A DNA stretch of 63,529 nucleotides, filler included, from Asterionella formosa (taxonomy: Eukaryota): NCBI GenBank assembly GCA_002256025.1. It is 23 parts of 23 records of this genome, joined end to end, with 100 filler letters (N's around TTAATTAATTAA, not from the genome) between each part and the next. Parts side by side here need not be neighbours in the genome. Positions count along the whole stretch, not along the records: positions 1 to 1,600 come from NKIB01001797.1; positions 1,701 to 3,299 come from NKIB01001798.1; positions 3,400 to 4,998 come from NKIB01001799.1; positions 5,099 to 31,309 come from NKIB01001800.1; 19 more parts are not named here. One strand, written 5' to 3'. Shown piece by piece: positions 1 through 13,100 of this stretch. The translations under genes and the position numbers were made by a program. The notes under the pieces were generated by a model, which made no database searches, was not told where the DNA came from, and worked only from the letters and a program-made list of their open reading frames with translations. Numbering within the stretch: the stretch's first letter is position 1; every line of letters starts with the position of its first letter.

Positions 1-2
1 TC

Positions 3-1004
3 CTCCTTGTACCTCTCGAGATTCTCTTTGACGTCCTTCGTGTTATACTTGGGGTCAGTCAACTTGGCAGTGTACAACTTCCACCAATTGTAACTGTCAG
101 GGATTTCGTCTGCTTTGAGTTTCTTTTCCGTAACAATTTTCATGTACTGTGTAAGTTTACACATACAATCGGTGAACGAATTATGAAACTCGCGTAGAGA
201 TCCTCCTTCAGTAAGGCGGAGATTGTCCAGCACTTTGTTGTACTTTTTAATCCAGTGAATGACCAGTTCTTCCCCTTCGTAATAACTACGGAGTTTGTGC
301 CAAGCTTCATGTCCATCATGCTCCTCCTTGGTAGTGAGTGCCAATCTAGCAACCGCTGTAGTTGAGGTGGAGGCAACCAGCATGCCCCAGACAAGGCCGT
401 TTTCGTCGGGGTTCTTGAGGGCATAGTTCCGGGATTTGATTACCTTGATGAGGTTCGAGGTTGCAAAATGCCCGATACTCTGCTGGCTCCATTCCAGCCA
501 ATCTCCATGGTCGCCGGAAAATTGTCTGAGCTGCTGGACAGGTGTAGTGAAGATACGTTGGACAGATTTGTTCCCGGGCCCCCAGTGCGTGAGAGCCGCT
601 GGGGTAGGCCAGTTGTGAGCTACATGAGTATAGCGAGCTGCCACCTCATGTTTCATCTCATCAAAGTCCTCCGGGGTCTCCTCGACGTCCAAGAGCTGCC
701 ACTTAGCTAGGACAATAAGCCATTCGAGAGCAGGTTGGACTGAATTGATAAATGCTGGGCTTTGGATTTGGTGAACATTAAGGACGTTGCGCAGGTTGTC
801 CATCCCAGTCACTTTCATGGTGGTGAGGATTTTTCTCATTGCAACAGCATCAGTATGCCCGTCTTCATCGGGGTCATCTGCATGTCTGAGATCGACTAGG
901 AGAAGATCGAGGACCATCTGGTTGAGCTCGGGAGATATGCTTTCGGCGTTATCTTCCACAGCTACATTGGCGTGGACTGCATGGTTGTGAAAAGATAGAA
1001 CCAT
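3..1004 (-). mobile_element. gag: Ty1/Copia LTR retrotransposon Gag, N-terminal part (runs off window edge)
   Basis: Manual translation from ATG 1004 is open to the window start (absent from the ORF track). It contains FSGDHGDWLEWSQQ and DGHEAWHKLRSYYEG, typical Copia Gag motifs. Confidence 0.75.
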
Positions 1005-1040
1005 ATTGGGCTAGTACTCACCTGTGTGTTCGAGATAACG

Positions 1041-1600
1041 TGTTAGCCAGCTTTATAAACACAGGTGACTTTTGGGTCTTTATTCCTTTATGTTTTGTTA
1101 TTGCAATCCTCTTTGTAAAGTTTACGAACGAACGGACGAACGAACGAACGAGCGATGCTACTACATGATGGAAAATACGATAGGGTCCGTGGATTTGGAC
1201 CCCCCTCACCCGAGGGGTTGATTGTCGTGTCATGAACAATGCACCCTCCCTTGAATGTTGTCCATGCGTATATGGGTAACAATGGAGTTAGCTCTCCAGG
1301 TTGCCCAGTAATGGTCCCCATATGCTTCCCCTTCCAAGTAACCACTTATCCGGGTTACACTTGGATATCCTTCACCGGGTTCCTCCATAGTAGCCCCCAC
1401 CCATGGAGGGGATACAAGGCAATCCCCTCGGGAACTAACCGGGTTATAGGTTCGTTCCCTACACAGAGAGCCAGTCCGGATCTAGATTACTCTAGGCCTC
1501 TTCCATAAGGGTCTGGTGGTCCATTGCTGCTGGAAAATAGCTTTCCGTACCCTCCGGGTGCGTTACTCCCGGTTGGTGCATGGATCCGTGCAGGTTTATT
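1041..1600 (-). repeat. Putative 5' LTR (partial) of the Copia element at 3-1004
   Basis: The minus strand ends ...CTAACA followed by CGTTATC (PBS-like) and then the gag ATG. There is an AATAAA ~40 nt before the end and an internal (GAAC)n tract at ~1124-1150. Confidence 0.5.
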
Positions 1601-1700
1601 NNNNNNNNNNNNNNNNNNNNNNNNNNNNNNNNNNNNNNNNNNNNTTAATTAATTAANNNNNNNNNNNNNNNNNNNNNNNNNNNNNNNNNNNNNNNNNNNN
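1601..1700. other. Artificial contig linker N44-TTAATTAATTAA-N44 (first of 22)
   Basis: Identical 100-nt spacers with stops in all frames start at 1601, 3300, 4999, 31310, 33008, 34709, 36404, 38101, 39798, 41495, 43191, 44887, 46583, 48278, 49973, 51668, 53363, 55057, 56751, 58449, 60143 and 61837. Confidence 0.98.
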
Positions 1701-3299
1701 CTACTGAGTACCTCATCAATCATATCAAGAAAGTGTTTGATTATGGCAGCGACATTGGAAGCGCACTCAAGTCATTAGAACCAATCAACACATCGGCATG
1801 GAAGCCAAGAATGCAAGTGAGCATTGCGACAACAGAAGAAGATCGCGCTGCAGAGAATCGACAATTTGAGATCGAGTTTAAGGCTGATTATGACAACTAC
1901 AGTAAAAGGGTACAGGCCTACGAAAATAATAATACCAAGGCATATGCGTTGCTCTGGGAAAGATGCAACAAAGCCATGAAGAACAAGATTGAAGCGAGAT
2001 CCGATTACAATAGGATCGAAAATAACCCAATAACATTGCTTATGGCAATTAAAGAACACGCATTAAATTTTCAAGAGAATCGATATTCAATGTCGATCAT
2101 TTTAGATGCGATGAGAACGCTTTTGTTCACGAAGCAAAAGGAAGGAGAAAGTCTACAAGACTACACCAAGAGATTTCGTGTGGCACGAGATGTGCTCAAG
2201 TCACACATGGGAGGACCCATTATCCTCACCAAGTTCGTTGAAGCCATGGATGGATACAATGAGAATGACATCAAACAACGAGATAAATTTCGCGAACAAG
2301 CTTTCAGTCAATTTATGGCATATTTATATCTCGATAATGCCGATAAAGCTAAATACGGTTCAATTATGACCGGGCTGAACACTCAACAATCACTCGGCAA
2401 CGATCAATACCCGAAGAGCATCACCGAATCAAATAATGTTCTCAGCAACCATCGGTTTGACGTAACAAATAAATCTGTCTACAAGAAACCAGATAATGAT
2501 AAAGAGAGGAAACATAAGGATGCAGGCAGGGAAGACGAAGACGTGAACTTATCGTTCGCACAGTTAGAAGGAAAATGTTACTGCTGTGGAAAAGCAGGTC
2601 ACAAATCTCCTTCGTGCCGAGACAAGAATAAACCCAAAGAGGAATGGGCTATCAACAAGGCTCAAAGCCATGCACAGGCACAGGCTACTAATACATCCGA
2701 CACGAGTACAGTTACCTCTGTTAATTCCAACAACCCGCCGTCATCACAAGCTTCACAGCAAGCAAATGCCAATCAATTTGGATGGACGGGAGCTCATATG
2801 AAACTACAATTTTACCAAGCATCTGAGATGCGTGACTGGATACTATTGGATAATCAATCAAGTGTCACAGTCTTTTGCAATCCAAAAATGGTTAATAACA
2901 TTCGATTGTCAACCAACGGAAGCATGCACCTGGCCACAAATGGTGGATCCATGGTAACTAATATGAAGGCTGATCTTCCAGAATGGGGAGAAGTATGGTT
3001 TAATGAAAAGGCTATCACAAACATCTTCAGTTATGCCGAAATGGCAGATAGGTACAGAATTACCTATGACTCTGAGAAAGAAGATGCATTCATTGTTCAT
3101 TTGCCAGACAAAACAGTTCGATTTGAAAGAATTGGGATGAACTTATATGTTTTCAAGCCAACTACAAGAATTAGAGCGGAGAATGCTCAAATGTTAAATA
3201 CACTTGAAGAAAACAAAACATTTTACACTGAACGTCAATTTCAGAGAGCTAAGCGAGCTCGTGATCTATTTCATGCCTTGGGTACACCATCAATTAATG
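1701..3299 (+). mobile_element. Diatom Copia (CoDi-type) Gag-zinc knuckle-protease-pre-integrase, one continuous ORF, truncated at both ends
   Basis: KQKEGESLQDYTKRF (Gag), CYCCGKAGHKSPSC (CCHC knuckle), WILLDNQSSV (variant aspartic protease), ARDLFHALGTPS (pre-integrase). Confidence 0.92.
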
Positions 3300-3505
3300 N
3301 NNNNNNNNNNNNNNNNNNNNNNNNNNNNNNNNNNNNNNNNNNNTTAATTAATTAANNNNNNNNNNNNNNNNNNNNNNNNNNNNNNNNNNNNNNNNNNNNC
3401 GTCCGGTTATTTGCAAATGGCTGTACTTGATTAAAAACAAATAACCATTTTGTTAGTAACTATTTATGAGTAAACAAAAATTCTTACTTCCATCTTTCCC
3501 AATAG

Positions 3506-3709
3506 GAATCAAGCAAAAACAAAAGTGTTCCTGACAAGGAATACTGACACGTCGATCCGGAAAGTGGGGAACTCACTCGTCTCACAGTAGCCGAAAAGGA
3601 GCGTATCTTTCTGGACGCCCTTCAGTCCTACGATGCCACTGGAAGGCAAATGCTCAAGGATGACGAGTTTGACCTATTGAAGGAAGATTTGCAATGGAAC
3701 GGATCTGAG
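3506..3709 (+). pseudogene. PGRL1: PGRL1-like fragment (cyclic electron flow protein) with in-frame TGA, 3' truncated
   Basis: After a pyrimidine tract and AG (3505) it reads ESSKNKSVPDKEY*HVDPESGELTRLTVAEKERIFLDALQSYDATGRQMLKDDEFDLLKEDLQWNGSE. This resembles the PGRL1 repeat FLxALQS..YxG...MxxxEFDxLKEELxWxGS. Confidence 0.7.
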
Positions 3710-5101
3710 CATATATATAGCTAAAACAAGGAAAGACGACACGACAATGAACGTGATGGCTGGTTGTTGAGGATACCGGTATGTGATATGCATCAATCAA
3801 TATCACAAATCATATTATAGTGATGTACATATCAACGCATCCGTATACTTAGATCCTATCCACTGTATAATACTATCATATTAACTGTTGACTTTAACTG
3901 TATATATTAAACAACAAACATATATATTAATTAACATACTTTATGAATGCTTGATTTATATTCTGTGATGTATCGATAACACTTGCGTACATATTTTATC
4001 GAATTTTATTGTCATTGTACTATTTTTACATGATCATATTTTGATCAAAATTATATCATATTTATTTCATAAAATCATCATAATTTTAGGATCAATGTAT
4101 CATACCTATGTGATGTACTTTATTCAATATTACGTATCATACTTTGGTGATGTATGCATCGATGTAACCTTATCATGATATCACAGTATCATCTTGTCAA
4201 TCATGATGAGATGATTGGGAAGCAACTGTATTCTGCATCGTGCTACAGGGTATATTATTATATCACGCAATTTAGTAGCGAAGTCACTCCGCCTGTAATG
4301 TACAAAAGTCGACAGTGCACATACTCACATGCTAATCAGGTTTGAGGAAACGGACAGTGGTTCCAACGAGCGAATAATGATACCAAGAGTACCAATTTTT
4401 CCAGCGAAAGAACTTGTCTCTCTATTGATGAGGATGACATGGACACCGACTTCTATGTGGACAGTAGTCTGTTACGCACATTTTCGTATCTCCTTTTATG
4501 CTGAATCGAAATAGTAGATGTAGTATCATGTGAGAATTGAAAATTTCAACGAGAACAAGTGGAATGTGTTTGTTTACGGGTTGATTGGCGAGATTGTCAT
4601 GCTGAAGTGGACGAAACGGATATACTTTGTGCGCAAAATCGGAAGTTGGTAGGGTTTATAATGTCGTTTATATCTCCGTTCTGAATGATTGGACCATTAA
4701 TAGCAGCAGCATCATGATCTACTAAACTATCAAGGAATAAACCATTATCATAGTCATCGGCATCAAAACAAACTGTTTGAACGAAATCAATGGCTGCTGG
4801 CGATTGTTTCAGGAATTTTGCAAGGGGGTCTTGAGAGTGGTGTCGTCCATCTCTTCGAGAAGTCGCTACCATTGATGATGTCTGCGATGCTTGAATCTGA
4901 GATTGAATCATATATTGTTGCCCACACGAGGGGCTGTGTCTGTGATGACCACGAATTGATTTAAAAGGACCTTTACCACAGAATTTACATTTGTCCTCNN
5001 NNNNNNNNNNNNNNNNNNNNNNNNNNNNNNNNNNNNNNNNNNTTAATTAATTAANNNNNNNNNNNNNNNNNNNNNNNNNNNNNNNNNNNNNNNNNNNNAG
5101 G

Positions 5102-5793
5102 ATGGGCTGCATTTCATCAACAGAAGTACGTCGCGAAGATCGTTCTTTTCGTTTTCTTGAATGCGCTATCGGTACTTGGTTCTATTCGTTCGTTCCATGT
5201 CACATTGCATATCACTAATCCCACTGCACACACACACAAACACCAAGATTGTAAATGACCCGGTCACTGGCCAACCAAAGAAGAAGAAAACACTCGGTGG
5301 TGCCTATCCAGGTCAGCGTACTCCAACACACGCACCCTACACTCCTCCAACATCAGATTTTCAACCAAATGGAGCAGGCATGTCGACTGCCACGGCACAT
5401 TTTATTCAATACGGTGGAGGGAATGCGTTAGTATTGGGAACCAATCCCACTGCCACGCCACAAAGTGGTAAGGCCCAGCCCTTGTTTGTGGCAGTGACAC
5501 TCCCCCAGGGGGTCGCACCGGGAGATGTTATTCATGTCAGAGCACCAGATGGGAGATTGAATGCTATTTGTGTCCCACCTGGATTTTATCCAGGAGATTC
5601 GTTTACTGTGGAGTTTGTGGATGCTGCGCCAGTCGCGAAACAAGAACAACAAGTAGTTTCTCCTGCTATAGTGCCGGCCGTCACTATGGGAACAGCAGCT
5701 GGTGGGGACGATGGATTTGCGACAGGCTTTAATAATCCAGGATACACTACAGTGACTGCAACGGCAACGGCGCCAGTCCAGACATTGATTTGA
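5102..5793 (+). CDS. Hypothetical ~190-aa protein with N-terminal MGC dual-acylation motif; exons 5102-5125, 5248-5793
   Basis: MGCISSTE, then a GTACGT donor at 5126, CTAAT branch point and AAG acceptor at 5247, joining in frame to the 5161-5793 ORF. Contains a VxLPxGVxPGD...VPPGxxPGDxFxV module. Confidence 0.7.
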
Positions 5794-6029
5794 CGGACAA
5801 TTACACGGGTTATCATAGAGCCTAGGACTTGTCGACGATTGAGGTGGATGTAGAAATGAGAGGACCAACTCCAAATTTGAATACATTAGTATGAGTGTAA
5901 GAATTTTAATGGTAGTAACAAGCAATTGATTTCCATGTAAAAAATATACTTTGTATTACTTGTCAGTAGCTGTGTTGCTTCTACTCCCCAACCTGAACAC
6001 TGGTAGCATAATTTGCAGAATGGCGCAGC

Positions 6030-7800
6030 TTAGGGCAGCATGACTGCTTGCTCACAAAGTTGAGTCCCAAGGACAATGCTAGGTTCACCACCATGATTCG
6101 TACGACTACCAGGACACACAATAGGATTGTAAATACAGAGTTGCGATCCCTCCATGAGTTTGTGAGTTCGAGCCGTGGCATAGGAAAAAGTCACATAGGC
6201 AGTGGTATTGCTGTTGATGTTGTTGTCATTATGCACACGAGCAAGAGCGGTCCATATTTGTTCATTTTTACATGGGACGAGTGACCCCAAAATGGTAATG
6301 GTAATGTGTGAGGAGGCACGATGACGCGGATCATTCATGTCCGTTGTACCAAGAGGATACATGCCGGATTGGAGGCGAACCACGTCACCATCCACGGCAG
6401 CTCGGATTTTTCGTAGTGTCTGTAAGAGTGGACCAGCTTGAATGCGGGACTTCTTTTTTGTTTTGGGAGAGACAAAATTAGGAGTTGAACATGGTGGCGG
6501 TACGAGCTTGAGATAAGNNNNNNNNNNNNNNNNNNNNNNNNNNNNNNNNNNNNNNNNNNNNNNNNNNNNNNNNNNNNNNNNNNNNNNNNNNNNNNNNNNN
6601 NNNNNNNNNNNNNNNNNNNNNNNNNNNNNNNNNNNNNNNNNNNNNNNNNNNNNNNNNNNNNNNNNNNNNNNNNNNNNNNNNNNNNNNNNNNNNNNNNNNN
6701 NNNNNNNNNNNNNNNNNNNNNNNNNNNNNNNNNNNNNNNNNNNNNNNNNNNNNNNNNNNNNNNNNNNNNNNNNNNNNNNNNNNNNNNNNNNNNNNNNNNN
6801 NNNNNNNNNNNNNNNNNNNNNNNNNNNNNNNNNNNNNNNNNNNNNNNNNNNNNNNNNNNNNNNNNNNNNNNNNNNNNNNNNNNNNNNNNNNNNNNNNNNN
6901 NNNNNNNNNNNNNNNNNNNNNNNNNNNNNNNNNNNNNNNNNNNNNNNNNNNNNNNNNNNNNNNNNNNNNNNNNNNNNNNNNNNNNNNNNNNNNNNNNNNN
7001 NNNNNNNNNNNNNNNNNNNNNNNNNNNNNNNNNNNNNNNNNNNNNNNNNNNNNNNNNNNNNNNNNNNNNNNNNNNNNNNNNNNNNNNNNNNNNNNNNNNN
7101 NNNNNNNNNNNNNNNNNNNNNNNNNNNNNNNNNNNNNNNNNNNNNNNNNNNNNNNNNNNNNNNNNNNNNNNNNNNNNNNNNNNNNNNNNNNNNNNNNNNN
7201 NNNNNNNNNNNNNTTCGTTATGTTTCGCATTGTTTCTGCTGTGGATGATTCGCGACCCCCTGTCTCCGTCAACGAATCATTCACGTCGTCGTCCCCGTCG
7301 TCATTGTCATTGTGAAACGGAAAGTCATTTTGCGTAGAATTTTCCATAGCTGTGCACGCATGATTCTCGACTGCAGCTAATGGCCTAGATTCAAACCGTG
7401 GTTCAGGTAGATCCAATGCAGTAAGGATCGGAAATGTTGCACTAGTCCCATTAGTAGCAGCGTGACATCGCACGTTGTTCGATTCTAGTTCCAAAAACGC
7501 CGCCAACGACGCGAAATTGTCTTTTGTTGTTGATGCTGGTGTTGGGTTATTGTCTTGGGAATATCCGTCGTCTGTACCATCATACTGCTGTTGATACTGT
7601 CGTTGCTTTGCCAAAGATCGTCGACGTCGCGGGATCATATTTGTCCGAGTTGTTGTGACTTCCATATGCCGACTTTCTTGTGTCATGGACAATGCTTCTC
7701 CAAAGCCGACAGATGGCGATTGCTGCGTTTGAGTGCCATATACAATTTCATCTTGGCTTGTGATGCAATCGTCGTGCCAGTAGTCCTGCTGCTGCGCCAT
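6030..7800 (-). CDS. SPIDR-like protein (disordered N-terminus plus one DUF4502-like OB fold); middle lies in N gap
   Basis: ATG 7800 (MAQQQDYW) is open to the gap at 7213. 6517-6030 is open and encodes GPLLQTLRKIR..HITITIL..AYVTFSYATA..QLCIYNP..IVLGTQLCEQ, resembling the first SPIDR OB fold. Joining across the gap is inferred. Confidence 0.5.
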
Positions 7801-8066
7801 TCCTTGTCGTTTGGCTGTTGTTGCTGTTGCTGTTGCTGCCAAAGTGACAAAAACAAGCACCAAGTGAGGATGGGTTTTTTTTGGCGCGCTCGCAACCTCC
7901 CTTGTAGTCACAGGCACCATTGTACAGTGCATATTAAGTTAATATATTTGTGCACACAAATATATGCACACACCGCTCCAACATTAGTCAATCATGATTC
8001 TCTACCACATTGCACCCTAACCTTGAGGCAAAAACTAAATAGTTTGTTCACATTTAGCTAAAAAAT

Positions 8067-9216
8067 CTACAATCCACCTGGACGACTCCCAATTGGCACA
8101 CTTTGGAAAACACCAACACCTGGCCTAAGCAGCCGTGCAATCTTGCCAAGTGGAGCTGGTTTGATTGCAGACTCTGGAATGTCACGAACATAAGAAATCA
8201 ATCTCGTTTCAGGATTCAACTCATAAAAGGAAATACCCTTGATGGTACTAGGTGCATCCATAATGGCAACCTCCCATGTAAAGCAACTACTATTGATGCC
8301 ATCATCAATCCGCTGGGCTCGGAATTCAATGCCTGGAAACGAAAAGTCCTCAATAAACTTTTGGACTTGAGCCTTGCCTTGGAGAACGTCCTCGTAATTG
8401 AAATCACGATAAATTATGGATTCATCAAAAAGTCGCATGGCCTCGGCAACACTAGAACCCTGTACTGTATTATAAAGATAGTCCACAATATCACTGGCAG
8501 TCGTGGGAGTCCTTGGCGTGTATTCTTTGGGAACTTTAGGATCGGCATCTGCTGTGACAGTCTTCAATATTTCCAAAGTCAAATCACCAGGTTTGTAGAG
8601 AGGCTCTGGAATTTCCCGAACGTATTGAATCTGGCCCTGATCGTTCAGTTCCACAAAGGTCGTGCCTCGCAACCCTTCTTCACTACCACTCACCCAAGTC
8701 CACATGAAACCACATGCTTTGGAACCATCGCTTACTTTGTCGACACGAACATGACCTTTGCCCTTGCGACTTGCCACTTTATCCAACATGTGCTTCATAA
8801 CAGGCTGTCTCGATTGAAATAAGAATGTGAATGAACAAACAAACAAACAAAAATTCATATGAGTGCGACATTGAATCATGTCAAGAAAAAGAGTACCAGT
8901 ACACTCAGCCGACAGTGGGCGATTTACTCACGGTTTTACCAACCACAGGTTGAGCCTCGAAGCAATCTTCATACACAACATTAAAGGCACACGCCTCACC
9001 AAAGGCATTGGCACCACTATTGGTAGAAAAGCACTTTTCCTCTTGTACAAGGGACGTGATGAGCTCTTGCGCTCGTCGAGTGGAAGATCCCAATGAAAGT
9101 GCTCTCGACAAGGATCGCCCATGAGGATGATAATGAGATGACGATGCCTGAAACCCGTGGACTACCACAAGTGAAGATAACACAATGAGGCCTACTTGGA
9201 TGAATCGCATTATCAT
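8067..9216 (-). CDS. Plastid-targeted SnoaL/NTF2-like double-domain protein; exons 9216-8932, 8804-8067
   Basis: Signal peptide with VHG|FQA cleavage motif. Two NTF2-like repeats (VVYEDCF..VVGK; IIYRDFNY..LQGK; KGISFYEL; YVRDIPE). A GTGAGT...CAG intron at 8931-8805 joins the two ORFs in frame. Confidence 0.85.
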
Positions 9217-10197
9217 TTTATGCAAACTTGTGGGGTAAGACTGCTTTCGGAGTACGTGGTTCGTCGTTATCTGTACAGTTTAGAAATACATACACATCAA
9301 GTCAAGGTTGCTTTGTTGATATAATCTCGGTGGGGCGGGAATGACATCCGTGCCGACGGAGCCGGTGAGCGATGATGTACTGCAAAACACAACATGCAAC
9401 CTTGATGTTCGCCATATTTATTTATTTAATAAGTTGTATCACATGAGATATGTATTTCCCAAAACGTCTGTACAACCGGGTTGGTTTAGCCACNNNNNNN
9501 NNNNNNNNNNNNNNNNNNNNNNNNNNNNNNNNNNNNNNNNNNNNNNNNNNNNNNNNNNNNNNNNNNNNNNNNNNNNNNNNNNNNNNNNNNNNNNNNNNNN
9601 NNNNNNNNNNNNNNNNNNNNNNNNNNNNNNNNNNNNNNNNNNNNNNNNNNNNNNNNNNNNNNNNNNNNNNNNNNNNNNNNNNNNNNNNNNNNNNNNNNNN
9701 NNNNNNNNNNNNNNNNNNNNNNNNNNNNNNNNNNNNNNNNNNNNNNNNNNNNNNNNNNNNNNNNNNNNNNNNNNNNNNNNNNNNNNNNNNNNNNNNNNNN
9801 NNNNNNNNNNNNNNNNNNNNNNNNNNNNNNNNNNNNNNNNNNNNNNNNNNNNNNNNNNNTGAGTAGCAAGACAATAATTGGTCGTGCTTGGTGTACTGGT
9901 AAAAGAACATCGAAATGGCTCATTCCAAATCTCGCTTCTTTGTCGTGGCTGCTGGTTTGATGATGCGCTTTGCTCATCGCCTATGTGCAATCCCATGATG
10001 TGAATTGAATAAAAAGAAACCATGCATTCCCTATTGGTTGGTGGGATTTGGCATCTCAGTTATGATTGGATATATCGCTATTGACACTTATATCTTCATC
10101 ATGATCCAGAATTTGATTTGGTGGGATATCCGGTTGGTGACCATGTGAATCGTGACATAGATGAAATCTGAGTGGCAAAGTATGTTGCATTCAACTC

Positions 10198-13100
10198 TCA
10201 CACCATCTCGTGTCGACCCGAAAGTTCTACCAAGTTTGCTCGCCGACCAATTGTCAAGGAACCACATTCTTCCCCAATCAAAATGTTCAGAATGTTTTGA
10301 TCTCCACAACATTGCAACTGATCATTCCACCAACGATTCACCAACCGACGGTTCAGTTGATTCATGCCCTTGAGACGCACTGTAGCACCTGACGAGTGCA
10401 GGAGTTGATCATCCCCTGCTGGCTGCTGCAAGACTTCTTCTCGTCCTAGTTGGTTGGGAGGAAAGGGTTGTTCAGGACGGGCTCGAGGATTGGCACGCAA
10501 TGCTGGTTGGAGGTAGGCACGTTTAAAAGGATCGTAGCACCCAATGAATATACCAAGATTGTGATCGTAAATATCGCGCTCCATATCACCAGATTCAGGA
10601 ATTGACGATGTCGTTTGTGTGCGTCGTTCATCATATTCTGTAGACGCCGCGGCGCCAGCTCGATCCACTACTGCTTGATGGGCTCGACGTATCGCTTCCT
10701 CTTCTTGACTCAAACTAATATCCATGACTGTTGCAACTTCCAAGGGGAGTGTTGAACTTGATGGATCATATCGTGCTCGTGTAGACCGAAGGAAAAAGTA
10801 TGTCATGAAAATTAAAGCTATGGTGGCATAGGCTTCATGGCGAGCTTCCTTGAGAATAAATTGTCCAGTAATTGTCATTTGAGCTATGATCAGCCCAAAG
10901 ACGAAACGACGAAAGATCTTTGGCCAGAACTGCCCACCAGTTTCAAACACTGACTCGTATACATAGAGGTGATGGTGTGTCCACATGATTCTTGAAAAGA
11001 GACAAAACAAGGCGCAAGGCAAAAGCACTAGTGGTGCCACAACAGCAAAGACAACACTAATCACAACCACCAACATATCTTGGGCCAAAATCTTGTGAAA
11101 AGGAAACCAACCAGGGTCATCAATGGGTCGAAGGCCCATAAAAACGCTTCGTGACATTCGGAGAGTTGCATTTGGGAAAAGCAAGTATCTAAGAGATGCT
11201 TGTACTAAAGTCATGGTTCGCACCAATTCCACACCCAAACCAAGAGTTGTCTTGATGGTAACAAAGGTAATGAAAAAAGATGACATGCGAGGTAAAGAAT
11301 TTCCCAACATTTCAAAAACAGTCTCTGGACTGTCAAGGATTATTGCCATTGTGTCAAAAATAGACCCGGCAATAGTCGTCACCAAAAATACGTTCAAGAC
11401 TTGAAAAAGAAAGTATCTCGAAAAAGCTCGCATTTGCACTTCACTGAAGGAGACCAATCCCTCAAGTTTTCCAATGACAATGAATAAAGGTGGCAAAAGT
11501 TGCTGGATCCCAACAATACAAAGAGGTTGAACCATCGCAATTGCGGAAGAAAAGAATGCAGAAGCTTGATCCAATTGAGCAAGTCTTGGCGACGACGACA
11601 CAAGCGCAGATTCGGAAACCAGCAAAGATACCAAAGCCACAGGCACCACATAAAAACCAATTAACAACAAAACCAACATTTCTCCAAGATAAGAACGTGT
11701 CCTTGTTGCACCCTTGCTTACATAAATATTCTCCCACAAAATATCTCTCGGTTCTGGTGCTGTTACTACTTGCATTGATCCTGGCTTACTAGAATGCATT
11801 GATTGAATGGCAATTGTCGATGCTGTGAATGTTCGCATGACTATGAACGCCTTATCAGTCACTTCATTGACATGATCTTCAATGTCACCATCTGAAGGTT
11901 TATATGATGTGTGAATAGGACGGCCAAAGAAATTAACGTCTCGTGCCAATCGAGAATACCGCTTGATAGCATGTTTGGCTTTCACAAATGCACCTTTTTT
12001 CTTACTCTTGGTTAGATCTTCCACTGTATCATGAGGGTGAAATGGCTTAGGTGAGAGTGATCGCGATCGCAAACCTGCGTCATCGACTGTCGGAATTGTG
12101 ACTTCAATATTCTGTTCTTCTATTTTTACCAAAGTCCCATCTGGATTTCTTGGTGCCCCAATGCTTGGCGGGCGATAGCTGTTAAGATTTCTGGTGTCGG
12201 ACTCATGCAAAAAAGGACTGTACCAACACATGGTGATGAGAAACGATTATTGGAAGCTGTGAAAAATGAACAACACACAACTCACCTCGAAAGAATATAA
12301 TCAATTTCCTTCGATCGAACTGAATTGGCCTCCATCTGATCTAATCGCTTCATCACTCGCCGACGCCGATTCTGCTCTTGTTCCACTTTATCATTCACTT
12401 CTTCTAGCTTTCCATAGAGCTTGGTGAGGCGCTCTTGGCGGCCATTGTCAAAGCATGATTCACAACAGTTAAATCGTCCGAAACTTGTGGCAGAAACAAA
12501 CAATTTGCGTTTTTCAGCCCTGCAGAGTAAAAGCAGCTCATGCTCTATCTTTGAGAGCAGTGCCGTTCGCCTTGAAATTAGCATTTCCAGAGTGATAAGA
12601 TTTTGACACATAGTTACGCTCTTAACTGCCTCAGGGTAAACATGTTGAAAGTATGTATTCACCTTAGTGGGCGATCGGAGGTGACGCGGAATATTCGTTA
12701 CCAAAACAGTCCGCAAATGCGGTTCTCGCGACAACAAATACCGATGGCGAATGCCATTGAACGCCTCATATTCCACCAATAACTCACGAATGACAATTGC
12801 GGTAAGTAGATAGGCGGCGAAACAGTGCACCCAGAGACGCGGCGACCCCCCACTGACATTGGCCATGGTGAAACGAAGGAAATCAGTAAATAGTAACGAT
12901 CCGACATATGTCTTGAGATTATTGGCATTTGCGTGCCCACCGCCTGTGAAATTCAGGGGTAGCAAGACAATGAAAGAGAAAACGCTCATCTTAACAATGC
13001 ACCTTAGAGCCAACCTGTGAAAACGTAGGAAAATCAAGGAATCATAACCAACCCGGTTGATAATTTCTTCATCTGACAACAGGAAGCAAATTTTGACCTG

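Noticed and set aside
8103..8822. 239-aa plus-strand ORF, and similar antisense ORFs (22546-23082, 5428-5925, 27514-27939)
   Set aside because: Antisense shadows of well-supported genes with no motifs of their own.
9341..10023. ORFs running through N gaps (also 13436-14269 and all ORFs ending in ..LIN)
   Set aside because: Their length comes from N codons or linker stops.
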